From: Azolla caroliniana
Taxonomy: Eukaryota > Plantae > Polypodiophyta
Length of the DNA: 64,000 nucleotides
Direction of reading: 5' to 3'
NCBI GenBank assembly: GCA_043228905.1
Contig: JBHGNT010000001.1
Coordinates: 21,452,001-21,516,000, forward strand
Position numbers and translations under genes: made by a program. How positions within the stretch are numbered: position 1 is the stretch's first letter; every line of letters begins with the position of its first letter. This document shows positions 60,178-64,000 of this stretch, piece by piece. The notes beneath the pieces are model-generated. The model had not been told where the DNA came from, did no database searches, and saw nothing but the letters and a program-made list of their open reading frames with translations.

Positions 60178-63100
60178 CCACACATAAAAAATGCTTAGAA
60201 GATGTGCACCTCTATTCCAAACCACTAGCCTTTAAACCAACAACCTATGTTTCAATATTTTACCACTAAGTCGTTTTCTTGTATTTACACTAATATATAC
60301 ACTTGCTATATCCTTAAGGAATTCCTTTGCTTAACCCCTTGAGAATGTACATACAATCTAAAGGTGGTTGTACATGTGGCATCTAGCTATACGCCTTTCA
60401 CTAGGTTAATCCTTAAGTTTGCATATGATGATTGAATGGATATAATTCCATGCCTTTGCCATTGTGTTGTTATAATGCCTACCAATTTAATGGTCCAATG
60501 AAGTATTTGAATTGCAACATCTTCAATAATCTAAGACATTGATCACATAGAGAGAAGTTTGTTGTAAAACACATTTCAAGGAAATGGAGTTGTAAGAATG
60601 TTTTTGTGGTCAACATAATTCAGCATATCAATGTTAACCCAACTTGAATATATAGAAGTATGTGATGCATGTTTGATGATGCTAAAACACAATCAAACAA
60701 AATGATTGACTAACTTAACAAAGACGTTTGCTCCATTGAATGCACACCCTTGTGTTTAAGTATCTAGGAAACCAATAACTTCGAATATAGGTAGCAATTT
60801 TTTTGGAAAAAAAAACTTTGAATATATTGATATGCTGCTCCAACATTGAAGATGTTATGTGATCATAGGGTTCTATATAGTACATGTGCAATAGTTGTTG
60901 AATTAATTTTGGCTGCAATTCTACTCCTCTATTATACAAGAATATTAGGTTATATTATCTTCCATGCAATGAGGATTTTTGGCTTTGACATATTCAAGTC
61001 TCTCATTTATTGCTTCATAACACTAATGTTGATGGATATCTATCTCATTTGGTATGTTATCGCTATGAGTTTGGCTATAAAATGGTAATAAACACTCTTC
61101 ATTTGGGAAGCGTTTTACAATGATAGCAAGAGAAAATGCCATATCGATCTTATTTGTGGATGCATGATATGCAATGTTTGGATTCAAACCTTGCGCTCTA
61201 TTGCTAACTCAAAAGCCATTGTCTCACATTTTTTCTTTATAAGTAGCATGTGACATTTGTCTAAATTTTGATCCAAAAGTTCATTGAGTCATTGTAATTT
61301 GTGATCGTCAACATAACATAATCTAAAGACAAGCAGGCTTGTTAAAGTCTATAAATTAATGCATGTACACAATACATTAGGCCTTTTATATTTAATTAAC
61401 TTTTAAGATAGGCCACCCGGTTTTTAGCCTTATCTTCTTTAAAACTTTTACTTGACCAATGATTTTGATTTTTTAAAGTGAAGATTATAATCATTGAAGT
61501 CTACGCATGTCACATTCAATGTGGCTTTCTAAATGAATATCCTAATGTGTGGTACATTGTAATTGATTAGACATATATTTTACATATGGACTATGTTCAT
61601 GACGGGGCCCAATGTAAGGATGATAATATTTGATCATGATATTTAAGCTACTTGATTCTTGAGGAAATCTATACACACACAACTCTTTGCGACATTTCAA
61701 CAATTTATAAATAAGTTTGAACACAATACCAAAATTTGTGAGTTTATTTATTTGCTAGCAAATTCTTTTGATGGGTTATTACTTTTTAGTGCACTCACAT
61801 ATTATTTAGCCATTTGTTTATTGGCATATTTGTGATACACATTCAAACAAATTCAAATATATAAATGCATAATCATTCATTCTGGTTTCTTGTCTGTAAA
61901 AGTATACAAAATTATGTCTACACTCAAACTAATAAACTTAAAGGGAAAAAACATTTTATGGAGGAAAGTACGTTGTTCTTGTGTTCGTCCACTTTTACAA
62001 TAGAGTTGACCTTTCTATCAAAGGTTGTTCACGTATTTCCAAAGTGGGTTGATGATCCTCAAATGCTCAAAGATACTTTTTGAAACATATTAGTCACACA
62101 TTCATACTAGATCTCATGGTTGATGGTTTTCATTGTCTTATTATGGGAAATCATGACTTTGTCATGCCCTTGTCACACCATGGTTCCCTCACGATCTCCA
62201 AAACTATTAATAAACAAGGCAACATTAGTCATTCAATTTACTTATGCTATATGAATGTTGATCTCGTTTTGTAAAATATAATAGAAATTTGTTGCAACTA
62301 TAAGGAAAGTCACATAATTCATTGCAAGGAATGCATTGACACTAAACTTATGCAAAAAAATGGAACTCATATGTAATTTAGCAATTGACCCATCCCAATG
62401 TGCACAAACTATATTAGGACCACTCTCGTTGGCTAATATCTAAATAGTATGATTAGTCTCATGCATATTTGAAGTGGACATATGGTTATACCTATACATA
62501 GATGTAGAAGGACAACTCAGCAAAATAAGAGGTGTATGTGGAGTCTAGACTATCCTACCATTTGTTGTGAATTATTGGTTGAAATTGTGTGCTATATCTC
62601 CCTAAGCATATTGGACAATATTCTATTCTACGTAGATAAAAACGATATTTCAAAACATTAGCCTAGTTAATATCAAAGTTATAGTTGCTAACTATAGTCC
62701 TTGATGTTAGAAAACAATGCATTATATTATAGCAAATATCAACCAAACAAAAGAGTTATAAAGAAAATTATTGAAAGATTTCATGGTGGAATTTAGAAAT
62801 ATGTTTCTCTCTCTTATCAGTTATGCTTACAATGTTGCGTATCTTCATAAATCCCTATACAACTATCTTCATCAACCCCTATCTCTTATCTTGTTTACTT
62901 CGTTTTGTTTCATAAATTCTTCAAACAAAACTGTCAAATATCGAGAAAGCCTAATAACGTGAATAAAGGGACAACAAAAATCTTGCTTTCCCTTGTTATT
63001 ACAATTATAAATTTCAAACAAATATCAAATATGCTTATATGTGTGCATGGGTTTGAAAGTTGTAGCTTTGAATCAAAATAATTAAGTTTAAACACATAAT

Positions 63101-63769
63101 TAAGAAATGATCAACATTCTAATCGTCTGGATGAATTTAACTCCTATACTAAGCAAACTAAATTTCTTTTAAAGATTCATTGGCAACCAAATCTTGTAAT
63201 TAGGTAGACTCATTTCTTATTTATTGTAAATTAGCCTAACTTTGAAGAGGCATACATAGATAAATTCGAAAATGAGCATTCATACTACATTATGTTATTG
63301 TACATAGAAGCATATTATGGTAACTTTGAATTATAAAACTTGTTATTATTAGCATATAACATTGATGTGTACATTTATCTACACGCTTTCTCTTATATAT
63401 GTTAAAAGAAGGGGCTATAAAAGTCAAGGGGCATTCACATTTGAATGCATTTCACTTCATGTACATATACGTATATACGGATGACCTTGTGAATAAACAA
63501 AGAGAAAATAAAACATCTCAATCTTGAAGGAGTCATCTTATTAACTTTTGCAACAACTTTTAAGTGAACACATTTTTCCCATCCACTCACAATAATCGTT
63601 TCATGATTAGATTGCTGATAGTTGTGCGGTATACATACTTTGACAAATGTTCTTTATTAGACAAAAATAATTGAAGGAATTCATTATACTCGTAATAACT
63701 TTAAAAATTCTAAAGTTGTACTATGCCAATATTGCTGAATTGACTACTTGGGAAACATGAACTTATTGA

Positions 63770-64000
63770 GACCACATTACATGATATAACCAATCCCCAA
63801 AATCTCACCTATAGACACAATAGCCTTATGCATTGACCATATTGATTGAAGACTAGCACATGGTTACATGATAAAACCAATTCCCAAAATCTCACATATA
63901 GATACAATGGCTTACTCCCATTATTTGGACACATTGATTAAACGAGAACCTTATATACATTGACCACATTGATTGAAGACTTGATACATGGTTACATGAT
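63770..64000 (+). repeat. Degenerate tandem repeat running off the window end
   Basis: TTACATGAT...CCCAAAATCTCAC and GACCAYATTGATTGAAGACT...GGTTACATGAT each recur. Confidence 0.65.

Noticed and set aside
57620-63000. Possible ancient DNA-transposon remnants (also 52900-53900)
   Set aside because: Only isolated hints such as HWDG; no termini, TSD or sustained frame.

Overview
Plant nuclear DNA, most likely from a fern. The evidence is mitochondrial genes needing both C-to-U and U-to-C editing, intron cox1i395g1, the nad2/nad7 group II intron set, and a chlamydial-type trnN. Layout: (i) 1-2910 is a near-identical copy of 43511-46420 (decayed copia pol remnants). (ii) 2911-~28990 is a large mitochondrial insertion (NUMT, ~17 kb once the transposon is removed). 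It carries unedited, intron-containing nad7 (exons 2-3), cox1, nad2 (exons 3-5), a divergent rps3-like frame, an rrnS fragment and five tRNAs of three origins (native, plastid, chlamydial-like). A young non-autonomous Ty3/gypsy element (3316-12642) sits in nad7i676, and an intact Ty1/copia element with identical LTRs (5498-10930) sits inside it. (iii) ~28990-46900 is an older nest of LTR retrotransposons, and every outer element lacks its 5' half. (iv) Two host genes on the minus strand: an intronless GH17+X8 beta-1,3-glucanase and a Raf22/28-like (STY13) kinase, followed by AT-rich intergenic DNA. The most coherent new inference is that the NUMT is filler DNA at the junction of a recent ~17 kb tandem duplication. 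I found no CRISPR array or prokaryote-type system. All comparisons were made by eye; no database searches were run.
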